Under the pieces are notes generated by a model that was not told the origin of the DNA, ran no database searches, and worked only from the letters and a program-made list of their open reading frames with translations. From assembly GCA_027005735.1 (NCBI GenBank), contig JALTLF010000218.1, forward strand, positions 22,935 through 86,934: DNA of 64,000 nucleotides, given 5' to 3'. The DNA comes from Chromatiales bacterium. Lineage in GTDB: Bacteria > Pseudomonadota > Gammaproteobacteria > CAMYNG01. The position numbers and the translations under genes are program-made. The first letter of the stretch is position 1; each line of letters starts with the position of its first letter. Positions 42,519 through 51,465 of the stretch are shown here, one piece after another.

Positions 42519-42950
42519 ATGAGCAGTACAGAAGATACCCAGATGAGCCTGGAGAGCGGCATCGCCGCCTTCGAGGCGAAGCATTTTTCCACCGCCATGC
42601 AGCTGCTTTCGCCGCTGGCGGAGGCCGGCAATGCCGAGGCCCAGTACCGCCTCGCCATCATGTGCCAGAACGGCCTCGGCGTGGCGCAGAATCAGGCCCT
42701 GGGGGTGAAGTGGATGCGGGCCGCCGCCGAACAGGGGCTGGCCATTGCCCAGCACGGCCTGGGTTTCATGTACCTCGAGGGCGAGGGCGTGGAAAAGGAC
42801 GGCGAACAGGCGGTCGCCTGGTTCCGCAAGGCCGCGGAGCAGGGACTGGTGGGCTCCCAGGCCACCCTGGGGCGCATGTACGAGGAGGGTATCGGCGTGG
42901 AACAGGATGCCGAGGAAGCCCGCAAATGGTACGAAAAAGCCGGATTTTGA
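42519..42950 (+). CDS. Sel1-repeat (TPR-like) protein
   Basis: Four Sel1 repeats (AEAQYRLAIMCQNGLGVAQN..., AIAQHGLGFMYLEGEGVEKD..., VGSQATLGRMYEEGIGVEQDAEEARKWYEKA). Confidence 0.8.
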   Translation: MSSTEDTQMSLESGIAAFEAKHFSTAMQLLSPLAEAGNAEAQYRLAIMCQNGLGVAQNQALGVKWMRAAAEQGLAIAQHGLGFMYLEGEGVEKDGEQAVAWFRKAAEQGLVGSQATLGRMYEEGIGVEQDAEEARKWYEKAGF

Positions 42951-43012
42951 CGTATTTTCGCCGCAGATCGACGATACTGTTTCCTGTGAGCCAGCCGTAG
43001 CCCCACCGTCGT

Positions 43013-44161
43013 ATGGAATTATCCAAAGAAGACAGCCTGCGCCTGCACGTGTTGCTCAACCAGTCCCTCAAGGCGGTGCGTATCGACGAGGGGGCCATGG
43101 TGCTCCACGCGCTCACGGACCGCGGCGCGGCGCAGGTGCCCCTCAACCCCAACTGCCGCGACGAGCAGTACCTGCGGCTGGTCCGGGAGTTGCTCTCCAC
43201 CCACGTGCTGGGTTCGCCCGGGGGCTACCCGGTGTTTCTGCGCCGCTGGACGCGTATGGGACAGGCTCGCGCTGAAAGCCTGGACAAGCTGCTGCTGCTG
43301 GGTGAACCGGAAGCGGTGGTGGCCGTGGTTCACGCGGAGGGCCTGACCAACGAGCTGGCCCGCCGGGCATGGTGGATCATGCCCACGGCGGACAATGCGC
43401 GGCGCATGCTGGAGCGCGAGGACGTGGTACGCGGCGACATGGGGCCGGAACTGGCGGCCTTCCTGGTGGAATTTTTGCCCTTCGAGGAAGACTCGCGGGA
43501 CATTCTCGACTCCATCCGCCTCGTCCTGCAGCCGGGACTCATCGACGAGGCCACGCGGGACAAGCTGTGGCGGCGGGCGCGACAGAAATCGGTATACTAC
43601 GTGGGGTTTTTGAGCGGCGCGCCCCACACGCTGCCGGAACAGGCGGCGCCCCATCCGCTGCGCGAGGCCCTGCAGCCGGATGCCGATGCCGCGGCGCCGC
43701 TGGCGGAACTGGTGACGCTGATGCGCCAGGTCCTCGATGCCCCCGCGCAGACCTTCCTGCGGGTGGCGCTGGAGGCCATGCGCAAGCCGCGTGACCAGGA
43801 GACGGTGATCGCCCTGTTCAATGCCATCGGCCGGTATTTCCGCCCCTGCGAGCAGGTGCCACGCCAGGACACCATCGAGGCGCAGGTGGCCGCCGTGGAC
43901 GCCGCGCTGGCGGACGGGGACAATGAGACCCTGGCGCAGTTTCAGGCCCGTTATCCGGCCCATGGCGGGATGCTGCGGGCGGCGATGATCATCGGGGGTC
44001 TCTCGGACAGGATGCTCTCGCCCATCCTGTCGCGCACCGACGCCATGGGCAGCGTCATGCGCCGCAAGCTGGAGCCCGTGATGACGCCCGTGAGTGAACA
44101 GCTACAGGTATTACGCCCCGACGGGGGGCAGCGCGGCAGGCGCAGCGGGGCGCGAGGATGA
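43013..44161 (+). CDS. Conserved hypothetical protein (382 aa)
   Basis: Long GC3-biased ORF. Its stop overlaps the start of the next ORF (ATGA), so the two probably form an operon. Confidence 0.55.
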   Translation: MELSKEDSLRLHVLLNQSLKAVRIDEGAMVLHALTDRGAAQVPLNPNCRDEQYLRLVRELLSTHVLGSPGGYPVFLRRWTRMGQARAESLDKLLLLGEPEAVVAVVHAEGLTNELARRAWWIMPTADNARRMLEREDVVRGDMGPELAAFLVEFLPFEEDSRDILDSIRLVLQPGLIDEATRDKLWRRARQKSVYYVGFLSGAPHTLPEQAAPHPLREALQPDADAAAPLAELVTLMRQVLDAPAQTFLRVALEAMRKPRDQETVIALFNAIGRYFRPCEQVPRQDTIEAQVAAVDAALADGDNETLAQFQARYPAHGGMLRAAMIIGGLSDRMLSPILSRTDAMGSVMRRKLEPVMTPVSEQLQVLRPDGGQRGRRSGARG

Positions 44162-44706
44162 ATACGCTGAGCGTGGCCAAGGTGGCCCTGTCGCTGCGTC
44201 TGCGCATCCACCCCAACACCTTCGAGCGTTTCCTGCCGGCCTCGCCGGTGCGCGTCGGCGAGGAACTGGCGGAACTGGTGGACGGCATGGCCCGCCGGGA
44301 GGGCCTCGGTTACTACCCGGCGCTGGAATACTTCCGCGACCGCGAGGGCTTCGACGGTGATCTCCTCGATGCGGTGGAGCACATCGCCTGGGTGGCCACC
44401 AGCCTGGTGCGCGAGGAGGTGCAGATGAAACTGCGGCCGCTGTTTTCCAGCGTGCGCATCGAGGGGATCCAGTGCCTGGCCTTTACCCTGCCCACGGTAC
44501 GCCCGGGACAGGCCAATGCGCTGCAACGCCTGGCGATGCACTACACGCCGGACGCGGTGAAGCTGGACCTGACGCTGTCGCTGCTGCGCAAGGACACGCC
44601 GCGCGAGGGCCTGGAGAAATTTGCCGCCCACGTTGTGGAGCGCTGGCTGAAAGATTCCTTTGCAACCTTTGATATCACCTCGAGCCATCGTGTCGAGGCC
44701 GAATAG
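44158..44706 (+). CDS. Conserved hypothetical protein (182 aa)
   Basis: Translationally coupled to 43013..44161. No known motif. Confidence 0.5.
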   Translation: MNTLSVAKVALSLRLRIHPNTFERFLPASPVRVGEELAELVDGMARREGLGYYPALEYFRDREGFDGDLLDAVEHIAWVATSLVREEVQMKLRPLFSSVRIEGIQCLAFTLPTVRPGQANALQRLAMHYTPDAVKLDLTLSLLRKDTPREGLEKFAAHVVERWLKDSFATFDITSSHRVEAE

Positions 44707-44724
44707 AACGGGAGAACCCTGAAC

Positions 44725-44982
44725 GTGCCTGAAGTCCTCATGTACTGTACCGAGACTTGTCCCTTTTGCCAGCGCGCCCTGCGCCTGCTGGAGAAGAAGG
44801 GCGTGACCCCCGTGCGGATCGACGTCGACGACGATCCGGGCAAGTGGGAGGAGATGGAGAAACGCACCGGGCGCGACACCGTGCCGCAGATCTACATCGG
44901 TGAACGCCACGTGGGCGGTTTCGACGACCTCGTGGAACTGGACATGGACGGCGAACTGGATCCGCTCCTCGGACAGGAGTAG
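44725..44982 (+). CDS. grxC: Glutaredoxin 3
   Basis: MPEVLMYCTETCPFCQRALRLLEKKGV (CPFC active site), TVPQIYIG. Confidence 0.9.
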   Translation: MPEVLMYCTETCPFCQRALRLLEKKGVTPVRIDVDDDPGKWEEMEKRTGRDTVPQIYIGERHVGGFDDLVELDMDGELDPLLGQE

Positions 44983-45002
44983 GCGCGGGAGAACCCCCTG
45001 TT

Positions 45003-46460
45003 ATGGATTTTTTACCCATATTCATTGATATCCGCCACAAGCCGGTGCTGGTGGCGGGTGGCGGCAAGGTGGCGGCGCGCAAGGTGCGCCTGCTGCGCAA
45101 GGCCGGCGGCGAGGTCACCGTGGTGGCGCCGGAACTGTGCGAGGAACTGGCGGAACAGCGCGCGGCGGGCCACATCCGCCATGTGGCGCGCAAGTTCGAG
45201 GCCGCCGATCTGGATACGCCGGTGCTCATCATCGCCGCCACCGATGACCGCGAGGTCAACCGGGCGATCTCCGAGGGCGCTCGTGCCGCGCGCGTGCCGG
45301 TCAACGTGGTGGACGATCCGGAACTGTGCGGGTTTATCATGCCCTCCATCATCGATCGATCGCCGGTACAGATCGCCATCTCCACCGGCGGTTCCTCGCC
45401 GGTACTGGCGCGCCTGCTGCGCTCCAAGCTGGAGAGTTGTACCCCCGCCACCTACGGCAAGCTGGCCACCCTGGTGAATGACTACCGCGACCGGGTCAAG
45501 GAACGTTTTGCCGACGAGTCACAGCGCAAGCAGTTCTGGGAACAGATCCTCGAGGGTGAGGTGGCGGAACTGGTGTTCGCCGGCAAGGAGAAGGCCGCCC
45601 GCGAGGCGCTGTCGGCCGCCATCGCGTCCGCCGATCCCAGCGGCATGCCGAAGGGCGAGGTCTACCTGGTGGGTTCCGGTCCCGGCGATCCCGATCTTCT
45701 TACCTTCCGCGCCCTGCGCCTGATGCAGCAGGCCGACGTGGTGATCTATGATCGCCTGGTCTCGAAGCAGATCCTCGAGCTGGTGCGGCGCGACGCGGAA
45801 CTGGTCTATGCCGGCAAGGAACGGGACAACCACACCCTGCCACAGGAGCATATCAACCAGCTACTGGTGAAATATGCCCGCAAGGGTTATCGCGTATTGC
45901 GCCTCAAGGGCGGAGATCCCTTCATCTTCGGTCGCGGGGGCGAGGAGATCGCTACCCTCATGGAGGAGGGGATCGGCTTCCAGGTGGTGCCGGGGATCAC
46001 CGCCGCCGCCGGCTGCGCCTCCTATGCGGGGATCCCGCTGACCCACCGTGATCACGCGCAGAGTTGCGTCTTCGTCACCGGCAATCTCAAGGACGGTTCG
46101 CTGGATCTCAACTGGCAGGCGCTGGCCCATCCCAACCAGACCATCGTCTTCTACATGGGCCTGCATGGCGTACAGACCATTTGCACAAAACTCGTGGAAC
46201 ACGGGCTGGCCGCCGATACGCCGGCGGCGCTGGTGCAACAGGGGACGACGCCCAACCAGCGGGTGTTCACCGGCACGCTGGCAAGCCTGCCCGAGCTGGT
46301 GGAAAGCAACGACGTCAGGCCACCGACGCTGATCATCGTCGGTTCGGTGGTTTCACTGCAGGACAAGCTCGCGTGGTTCGAGCCGGTGACCACGGAGACC
46401 GAACAGAAGGACATCTTCAGTAGCAATCCCGGCCGTGACGGGAAAAGCGAAAAGAGGTAG
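45003..46460 (+). CDS. cysG: Siroheme synthase CysG (precorrin-2 dehydrogenase/ferrochelatase fused to uroporphyrinogen-III C-methyltransferase)
   Basis: N-terminal Rossmann VLVAGGGKVAARK plus the SUMT domain (GEVYLVGSGPGDPDLLTFRALRLMQQADVVIYDRLV, VRLKGGDPFIFGRGGEE). Confidence 0.9.
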   Translation: MDFLPIFIDIRHKPVLVAGGGKVAARKVRLLRKAGGEVTVVAPELCEELAEQRAAGHIRHVARKFEAADLDTPVLIIAATDDREVNRAISEGARAARVPVNVVDDPELCGFIMPSIIDRSPVQIAISTGGSSPVLARLLRSKLESCTPATYGKLATLVNDYRDRVKERFADESQRKQFWEQILEGEVAELVFAGKEKAAREALSAAIASADPSGMPKGEVYLVGSGPGDPDLLTFRALRLMQQADVVIYDRLVSKQILELVRRDAELVYAGKERDNHTLPQEHINQLLVKYARKGYRVLRLKGGDPFIFGRGGEEIATLMEEGIGFQVVPGITAAAGCASYAGIPLTHRDHAQSCVFVTGNLKDGSLDLNWQALAHPNQTIVFYMGLHGVQTICTKLVEHGLAADTPAALVQQGTTPNQRVFTGTLASLPELVESNDVRPPTLIIVGSVVSLQDKLAWFEPVTTETEQKDIFSSNPGRDGKSEKR

Positions 46461-46465
46461 CTGCC

Positions 46466-46789
46466 ATGTTAGACTTTGACTCGACAGGATGCGGCGAGGC
46501 GGAACACTTCGCGCTCCAGGTACTGGGCACCAGCATGGAACCGGAGTTCCCGGATCAGTGTATCGTCATCATCGATCCCGCCGGGGTCGCCGAGGATGGC
46601 GCCTATGTGATCGCCAATTACCGGGACGAACTGATCTTCCGCCAGCTGCGGATCATCGACCAGCGCTACTACCTGGTTCCGCTCAACGATGCCTTCCCCA
46701 CGCATGAGATCGCCGGACCCGAGGAAGTGAAGGGGATCATCGTGCAGCGTGCCGGCACGCGGCGCTCGATGCACAAGCACTATACCTGA
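46466..46789 (+). CDS. Stand-alone S24 (LexA/UmuD-like) peptidase domain protein
   Basis: GTSMEPEF (nucleophilic Ser) and a downstream Lys region (VKGIIVQRAG). No DNA-binding N-domain. Starts 6 nt after the cysG stop. Confidence 0.6.
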   Translation: MLDFDSTGCGEAEHFALQVLGTSMEPEFPDQCIVIIDPAGVAEDGAYVIANYRDELIFRQLRIIDQRYYLVPLNDAFPTHEIAGPEEVKGIIVQRAGTRRSMHKHYT

Positions 46790-46795
46790 AGCCGT

Positions 46796-47284
46796 TCAGG
46801 CAGCCTGTGGTCCAAGCTGTTCCTTGCTGACCTTCGAGGCGAAGAAGGCGTCGGCGGCCTCGATATCGACGACATTGCCGTTCTCGTCCACCAGTTCCTG
46901 TTCATAGTCGTTCCAGCCGCGCAGGCCGGTCTTGAGCGAGCGCACGGATCGGTAGCCCATGCGTTGCATGACCTCACAGGCCAGCGCGCTGCGGTTTCCG
47001 GAGCGACAGATGACGATGATGTCGCGTTCGCGCGCCTGTACCAGGTCGGGAATGGTCTCTTCGTAACCCCAGTCACAGGCGCTCTCGAGGATCCCGCGCG
47101 GCACGTTGATGGAGTTGCGGATGTGCATGGCGGCATATTCGTGGGGCTCGCGAACGTCCAGCAGCAGGACATCGCTGTAGCCCGCGATCAATTCCTCCAG
47201 GTCCCAGGGAAAGATCTCTTCGACGTGTTCGAGACTCTCTGCCACGAGTTGCGAAAAACTCATTGTCGGACTTGCTTCAGACAT
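46796..47284 (-). CDS. Rhodanese-domain sulfurtransferase
   Basis: LLLDVREPHEY...CRSGNRS (catalytic Cys loop). Start at ATG MSEASP with an AAGAGGA SD; the longer track ORF begins at a TTG. Confidence 0.75.
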   Translation of the reverse strand: MSEASPTMSFSQLVAESLEHVEEIFPWDLEELIAGYSDVLLLDVREPHEYAAMHIRNSINVPRGILESACDWGYEETIPDLVQARERDIIVICRSGNRSALACEVMQRMGYRSVRSLKTGLRGWNDYEQELVDENGNVVDIEAADAFFASKVSKEQLGPQAA

Positions 47285-47924
47285 TGCGTGTAATTCCTCT
47301 TTCAACGGCGATCACCGCGGCTTCGACGCGGGAGTGTACATCAAGTTTACGCAGGATGGCCTTGACATGAAGCTTGACGGTGCCATCCGATATACCGAGG
47401 TTGCGCGCGATAACCTTGTTGCTCTGACCCTCGGCAAGATGGCACAGGATCTCCATCTCGCGCGGGGTGAGACTGGAAAACGGCGACTCCGGCACCTCGA
47501 CCTCCTGGTCTCCGTCCTGTACCACCTTGGCCAGTACGCCGGTGAGGGTGGGGGCGACCACGGTCTTGCCCGTGGAGATGTCCTTGAGGACCTGTTCCAG
47601 TTCCTCGGGTTCGATGTCCTTGAGCAGGTAACCCTGGGCGCCATTGCGCAGGGCATCGACGAGATCCTTTTCATCGTCGCTGGTGGTGAGCATGACGATG
47701 GGCATCTCGGCGCCATTCTTGCGCAGCTCGCGCAGTACTTCGAGGCCGGACATGTCGGGCATGCGCATGTCGAGCAGGATAACGTCGGGGTTCTGTTCCT
47801 CGGCAAGACGCAGGCCCTCCTGCCCCGAGCCGGCCGTGCCGACGACGGTGATGCCGCGACTCTCAAGCAGGGTCTGCAGGCCGACGCGGAACAGGGCGTG
47901 GTCGTCGATGAGTAATACGCGCAT
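47277..47924 (-). CDS. NarL/FixJ-family response regulator
   Basis: REC domain (LLIDDHALFRVGL...VILLDMRMPDMSG) plus LuxR HTH (LTPREMEILCHLAEGQSNKVIARNLGISDGTVKLHVKAILRKL). Confidence 0.88.
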   Translation of the reverse strand: MRVLLIDDHALFRVGLQTLLESRGITVVGTAGSGQEGLRLAEEQNPDVILLDMRMPDMSGLEVLRELRKNGAEMPIVMLTTSDDEKDLVDALRNGAQGYLLKDIEPEELEQVLKDISTGKTVVAPTLTGVLAKVVQDGDQEVEVPESPFSSLTPREMEILCHLAEGQSNKVIARNLGISDGTVKLHVKAILRKLDVHSRVEAAVIAVERGITRNV

Positions 47925-47935
47925 AGTTTCTATCG

Positions 47936-49567
47936 TTAAAGTGTCGTTGACAGGCCGCCGGGGCCCTTGTGCTCGTCCGCGAAGGGATAGCGGAAGGTAA
48001 GGATAACACGTGTGCCTTCGCCGGGCTCGCTCTCCAGGCTCAGATCGCCATGCAGCTTCTGTGCGCGCTCGCGCATGATGGAAATGCCGATGTGGTTGCC
48101 GCCGACCCCGGCACGCGCGCTGATGTCTTCACCCAGGCCCACGCCATCGTCTTCCACCAGTACCAGGTAATTGTTGTCGGCCTCCTGACGCAGGAGAATG
48201 CGCACGGCGCGCGCCGAGCTGTGCTTGCGGATGTTGGACAGGGATTCCTGCACGATGCGCAGGATCTGCAACTCCAGGTTGGCCGGCAGCTTGGCCTCAT
48301 TCCATTCGTCCTGAAGGAAAACGAGGATATTGTTGTGGGCGCGGTATTTCTTGATCATGTCCTGCAGCGCGGGTACCAGGCCGCGCTCATCCATGGGGGT
48401 GCGGAAGTGATTCAGCAGCTCGCGCAGTTCCTGGTTGGCCTCCTCGATACTGTTCTTGAGCTGGATGACCTCGCTGTTGGAAATCGTCGACCAGGTGGCG
48501 AGGGATTCCTCCATGGTGCGGATCTGGAAACGCAAGCTGGCCAGCGTCTGCGCCAGTGAGTCGTGCAGTTCATGCGCCAGCAGGTTGCGTTCCTCGATGA
48601 TGGACAGGCGACGGGCTTCGTCGTCCAGACGCGCCTTTTCGATGGCCATGCCAAGGTGGCGGCCGATACTGGTGAGCAGTTCCTGCATGTCGCCCTGCAT
48701 GAGGGAATCCGGGTTGCTGGTATCGACGAAGAGATTGAAGACGCCGAGGGGCCGGCCCTGGTAGTCGAGGGGGACCGAGATCATCTCCGTGTTACCATCC
48801 TGGAACAGGGGCTGGCCGACGAATTTTTCACAGTCGGCATGGCGCGTGTGGCACACCGCCGTGCCCTCGTTGAGGGAACTGCCGCAGAAACAGCGATCTA
48901 CCGGGACAAGGGATTCTTCCTTCAGGACTTCCTCGCGAAAGCCGGCGCTGGCCACCATGCGTAACTGGTTGTTTTCGGTGAGCAGGCGGATCGAACCCGC
49001 GCGCGCGCCCAGTAGGCTCATGAGGATATCGAGGAAACGGCTGAGGAGATCTTCCACGGTAAGCGCGCCGTTGATATTGGCGGCAACCTCGTAGAGGATC
49101 TTCAGCGAACGGCTCTTCTGTTCGAGGCTCTCGGTCTGCTTGCGAATGCGGACCTCCATTTCCTGCGACAGGGTCTGCAGATCCTCGCTGAGGGCATTGA
49201 TGTCCCGCGCCAGCTCGGTGAATTCCCCATGGCCGGGGATGGGCAGGCGGGCGTTGAGGTGCCCGGCGCGCATGCGCAGTGCCCAGTTGCGCATGTGAGA
49301 GAGCGGCGTGAAGAGATCGGCGCGGATGCGCTGCGCGATGACCACCAGCAGCAGGACGGAGACGCCGATCAGCGCGAGTTGCAGCCATATTACGGGCCAG
49401 AAGAAGCTCAGCACCAGCGCCAGGAAGGTGAGCCCGAGGCCAAGGAAAGGGACGAACAGGCGGCTCTTGATGAGGCTCAGGCCCTTGTGGCGCCATCCCC
49501 GGGCCGGCGGGATCACCCGTGTGAGGAAATGCTTCCTCTGGCTGTTCGTCTGTACCGCTGCTTTCAT
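47936..49567 (-). CDS. NarX/NarQ-type sensor histidine kinase: 2 TM / HAMP / Cys-rich GAF / HisKA_3 / HATPase
   Basis: Short periplasmic loop, HAMP (LTFLALVLSFF...), GAF containing VDRCFCGSSLNEGTAVCHTRHADC, H-box LAHELHDSLAQTLASL (HisKA_3), then the N and G boxes (ESLSNIRKHS, DDGVGL, GISIMRERA). Confidence 0.85.
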   Translation of the reverse strand: MKAAVQTNSQRKHFLTRVIPPARGWRHKGLSLIKSRLFVPFLGLGLTFLALVLSFFWPVIWLQLALIGVSVLLLVVIAQRIRADLFTPLSHMRNWALRMRAGHLNARLPIPGHGEFTELARDINALSEDLQTLSQEMEVRIRKQTESLEQKSRSLKILYEVAANINGALTVEDLLSRFLDILMSLLGARAGSIRLLTENNQLRMVASAGFREEVLKEESLVPVDRCFCGSSLNEGTAVCHTRHADCEKFVGQPLFQDGNTEMISVPLDYQGRPLGVFNLFVDTSNPDSLMQGDMQELLTSIGRHLGMAIEKARLDDEARRLSIIEERNLLAHELHDSLAQTLASLRFQIRTMEESLATWSTISNSEVIQLKNSIEEANQELRELLNHFRTPMDERGLVPALQDMIKKYRAHNNILVFLQDEWNEAKLPANLELQILRIVQESLSNIRKHSSARAVRILLRQEADNNYLVLVEDDGVGLGEDISARAGVGGNHIGISIMRERAQKLHGDLSLESEPGEGTRVILTFRYPFADEHKGPGGLSTTL

Positions 49568-49675
49568 GTCTGCCGTGCCCGCGGGGCGGAGTAGGGTAAA
49601 ACCGCTCTAATATATCTGTTTTTGCCTCCCGGCGACAGCCCGCGGCCGGGGGTTTCGACAAAAATATCAATATAT

Positions 49676-51115
49676 TCAGTCGGTTATTGCGTAGATGCCG
49701 GGGCGGAATATGGCCTTGCCGGACTGCAGGAACTCGGCGGTATAGGGATCGACGGCATTCTCCAGCTCCTCGCACCAGGAGGGGTGGCTGTAGCTGATGT
49801 CCTTGAGGAACCACAGGCCGCGCGGCGACTGGCAGGCGGCGGTAAGCATCTGGATCTGCTCGCCGGCCTCGGGGCCGACGATGCAGCCGCCCAGCATCTG
49901 GCCGGTTTCCTCGTCGTGGATCACCTCCACGAAACCCTCGGCGTCGTGGCGTCCCAGAGCCTTGGCCGAGCCGGCGTAATTGGCGCGCGCCACGTCGGGT
50001 TCGAAGCCGGCGGACTCGGCCATGTCCTCGCTGAGACCGACGGCAGCGATCTCCAGCGCGGTATCGATGACCACCGGCACGCGGCGGTAGTTGCGCGCCA
50101 GCTCGTTGCCGTTCACGGCGTTGGTTGCCGCCACCTTGGCATCGTGCAGGGCCGCGTTGGCGGTCATGGGACCTTCCTTGACGTCACCCACGGCGTAGAT
50201 CCCGGCGACGCTGGTCTCGAGAAACTCGTTGGTTTCGATGAAGCCGCGCGCGTCACGCTGGATGCCCGCGGCGTCAAGACCAAGATCCGCGGTGCGCGGT
50301 TCCCGTCCGATGGCCACAAGCACACAGTCGAATTCCGCCTGGCTGTCATCGGAGAAGCCAAGCGTGATCGTCTCCCCCTGTCGCTGGCAGCGGGTGACCG
50401 CCGTCTCCAGGCGGTGGTGGATGCCCAGGCGATCGAACTTGCGCTGCAACATGCCGCTGGCGCGCAGCGGGATCTCCGGTTTGTTGAGCAGGCGTGGCGC
50501 GGTGTCGACGATAGTCACCTCGCTGCCGAACTGATGACACAGATAGCCCAGTTCCACACCGATGGCGCCCCCGCCGACGATGAGTATGCGGCGGGGAAGC
50601 GCCCCGCTGATACGCATGAAATCGCCGGAATGGATGATCTTCTCGCCGTCGTGACGACAGACGGGATGTGGCCGGGGGCGCGAGCCGGTGGCAAGGATGA
50701 TGCGCTCGGCCTGCAGATGAAGCGTTTTCCCTTCGCCGCATACCTCAACGCTGCGGGGATCGAGGAGGCGCGCCGCGCCGGCGAACATGTTGACGCCGAG
50801 ATGGCGCAACCAGAGGGGGAAGTGGCCACGGATACCGCTGATGACTTCTTCCTTGTGGCGCCAGGCGCCGGCGAAATCACCCTGGGTGGTACCCTTCAGG
50901 CCACGGCCCTGGAGTGAATTGACGTCCTCGATGAGGCTGGCGATATAGAGCATCGCCTTCTTGGGTATGCAACCCTGGTTGAGGCAGGTGCCACCCGGCA
51001 AGCCCTTTTCGATCAATGCCACGCGCGCACCGAGATGCGCCGCGGTCACCGCGGCCTTGTAGCCGCCCGGACCACTGCCAATGACGATGAGATCGAAGCG
51101 GGATCGCGAAGTCAT
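49676..51115 (-). CDS. Class-I pyridine-nucleotide-disulfide oxidoreductase (dihydrolipoamide-dehydrogenase-like flavoprotein)
   Basis: DLIVIGSGPGGYKAAV (FAD site), redox-active GGTCLNQGCIPKK, NAD(P) site ILIVGGGAIGVELG, C-terminal dimerisation domain with an HPSWCEE variant of the His-Glu dyad. It begins 12 nt after the dsrR stop, so it is probably the last dsr-operon gene. Confidence 0.85.
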   Translation of the reverse strand: MTSRSRFDLIVIGSGPGGYKAAVTAAHLGARVALIEKGLPGGTCLNQGCIPKKAMLYIASLIEDVNSLQGRGLKGTTQGDFAGAWRHKEEVISGIRGHFPLWLRHLGVNMFAGAARLLDPRSVEVCGEGKTLHLQAERIILATGSRPRPHPVCRHDGEKIIHSGDFMRISGALPRRILIVGGGAIGVELGYLCHQFGSEVTIVDTAPRLLNKPEIPLRASGMLQRKFDRLGIHHRLETAVTRCQRQGETITLGFSDDSQAEFDCVLVAIGREPRTADLGLDAAGIQRDARGFIETNEFLETSVAGIYAVGDVKEGPMTANAALHDAKVAATNAVNGNELARNYRRVPVVIDTALEIAAVGLSEDMAESAGFEPDVARANYAGSAKALGRHDAEGFVEVIHDEETGQMLGGCIVGPEAGEQIQMLTAACQSPRGLWFLKDISYSHPSWCEELENAVDPYTAEFLQSGKAIFRPGIYAITD

Positions 51116-51126
51116 GAGGGCGGTTT

Positions 51127-51441
51127 CTACTCGGCAGGCGGCGTGTAGTTGGGATCGTTTGGGTTGAGAAACACGAACTCCCTGTTGCCGTCGTCGAGTT
51201 CAACGAAGTCGATGGTCATACCGACGACCAGGTCGAGACTGACCGGTGAAACGACGATATCGATACCCTCGGACTTGAAATGGTTGTCGCCATCACGGGA
51301 CTCATCGTCGAAACCGATGCCGTAGTGGATGCTGCCATCGGGGTTACGTTGTGCGGCAATTCGCAGGGCCATGCCCTCCATGCGTCCTTCCTTGGCGGAA
51401 TGGCGAATTTGTGCGGCGGCTTCCGGGGTTATGGTGATCAA
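51127..51441 (-). CDS. dsrR: DsrR (IscA/HesB-like protein lacking the Fe-S cysteines)
   Basis: MITITPEAAAQIRH...GMALRIAAQRNPDGSIHYGIGFDD...DIVVSP: A-type-carrier fold with no conserved Cys, in the expected position after dsrN. Confidence 0.8.
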   Translation of the reverse strand: MITITPEAAAQIRHSAKEGRMEGMALRIAAQRNPDGSIHYGIGFDDESRDGDNHFKSEGIDIVVSPVSLDLVVGMTIDFVELDDGNREFVFLNPNDPNYTPPAE

Positions 51442-51465
51442 TGTGAGTACCTCGAAGTGGATTGT

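Noticed and set aside
49568-49675. Possible terminator between the Lpd-like gene and the histidine-kinase gene (CCGGC-N10-GCCGG)
   Set aside because: The stem is short and no U-run follows on the transcribed strand, so it more likely belongs to the kinase promoter region. I left it unannotated.
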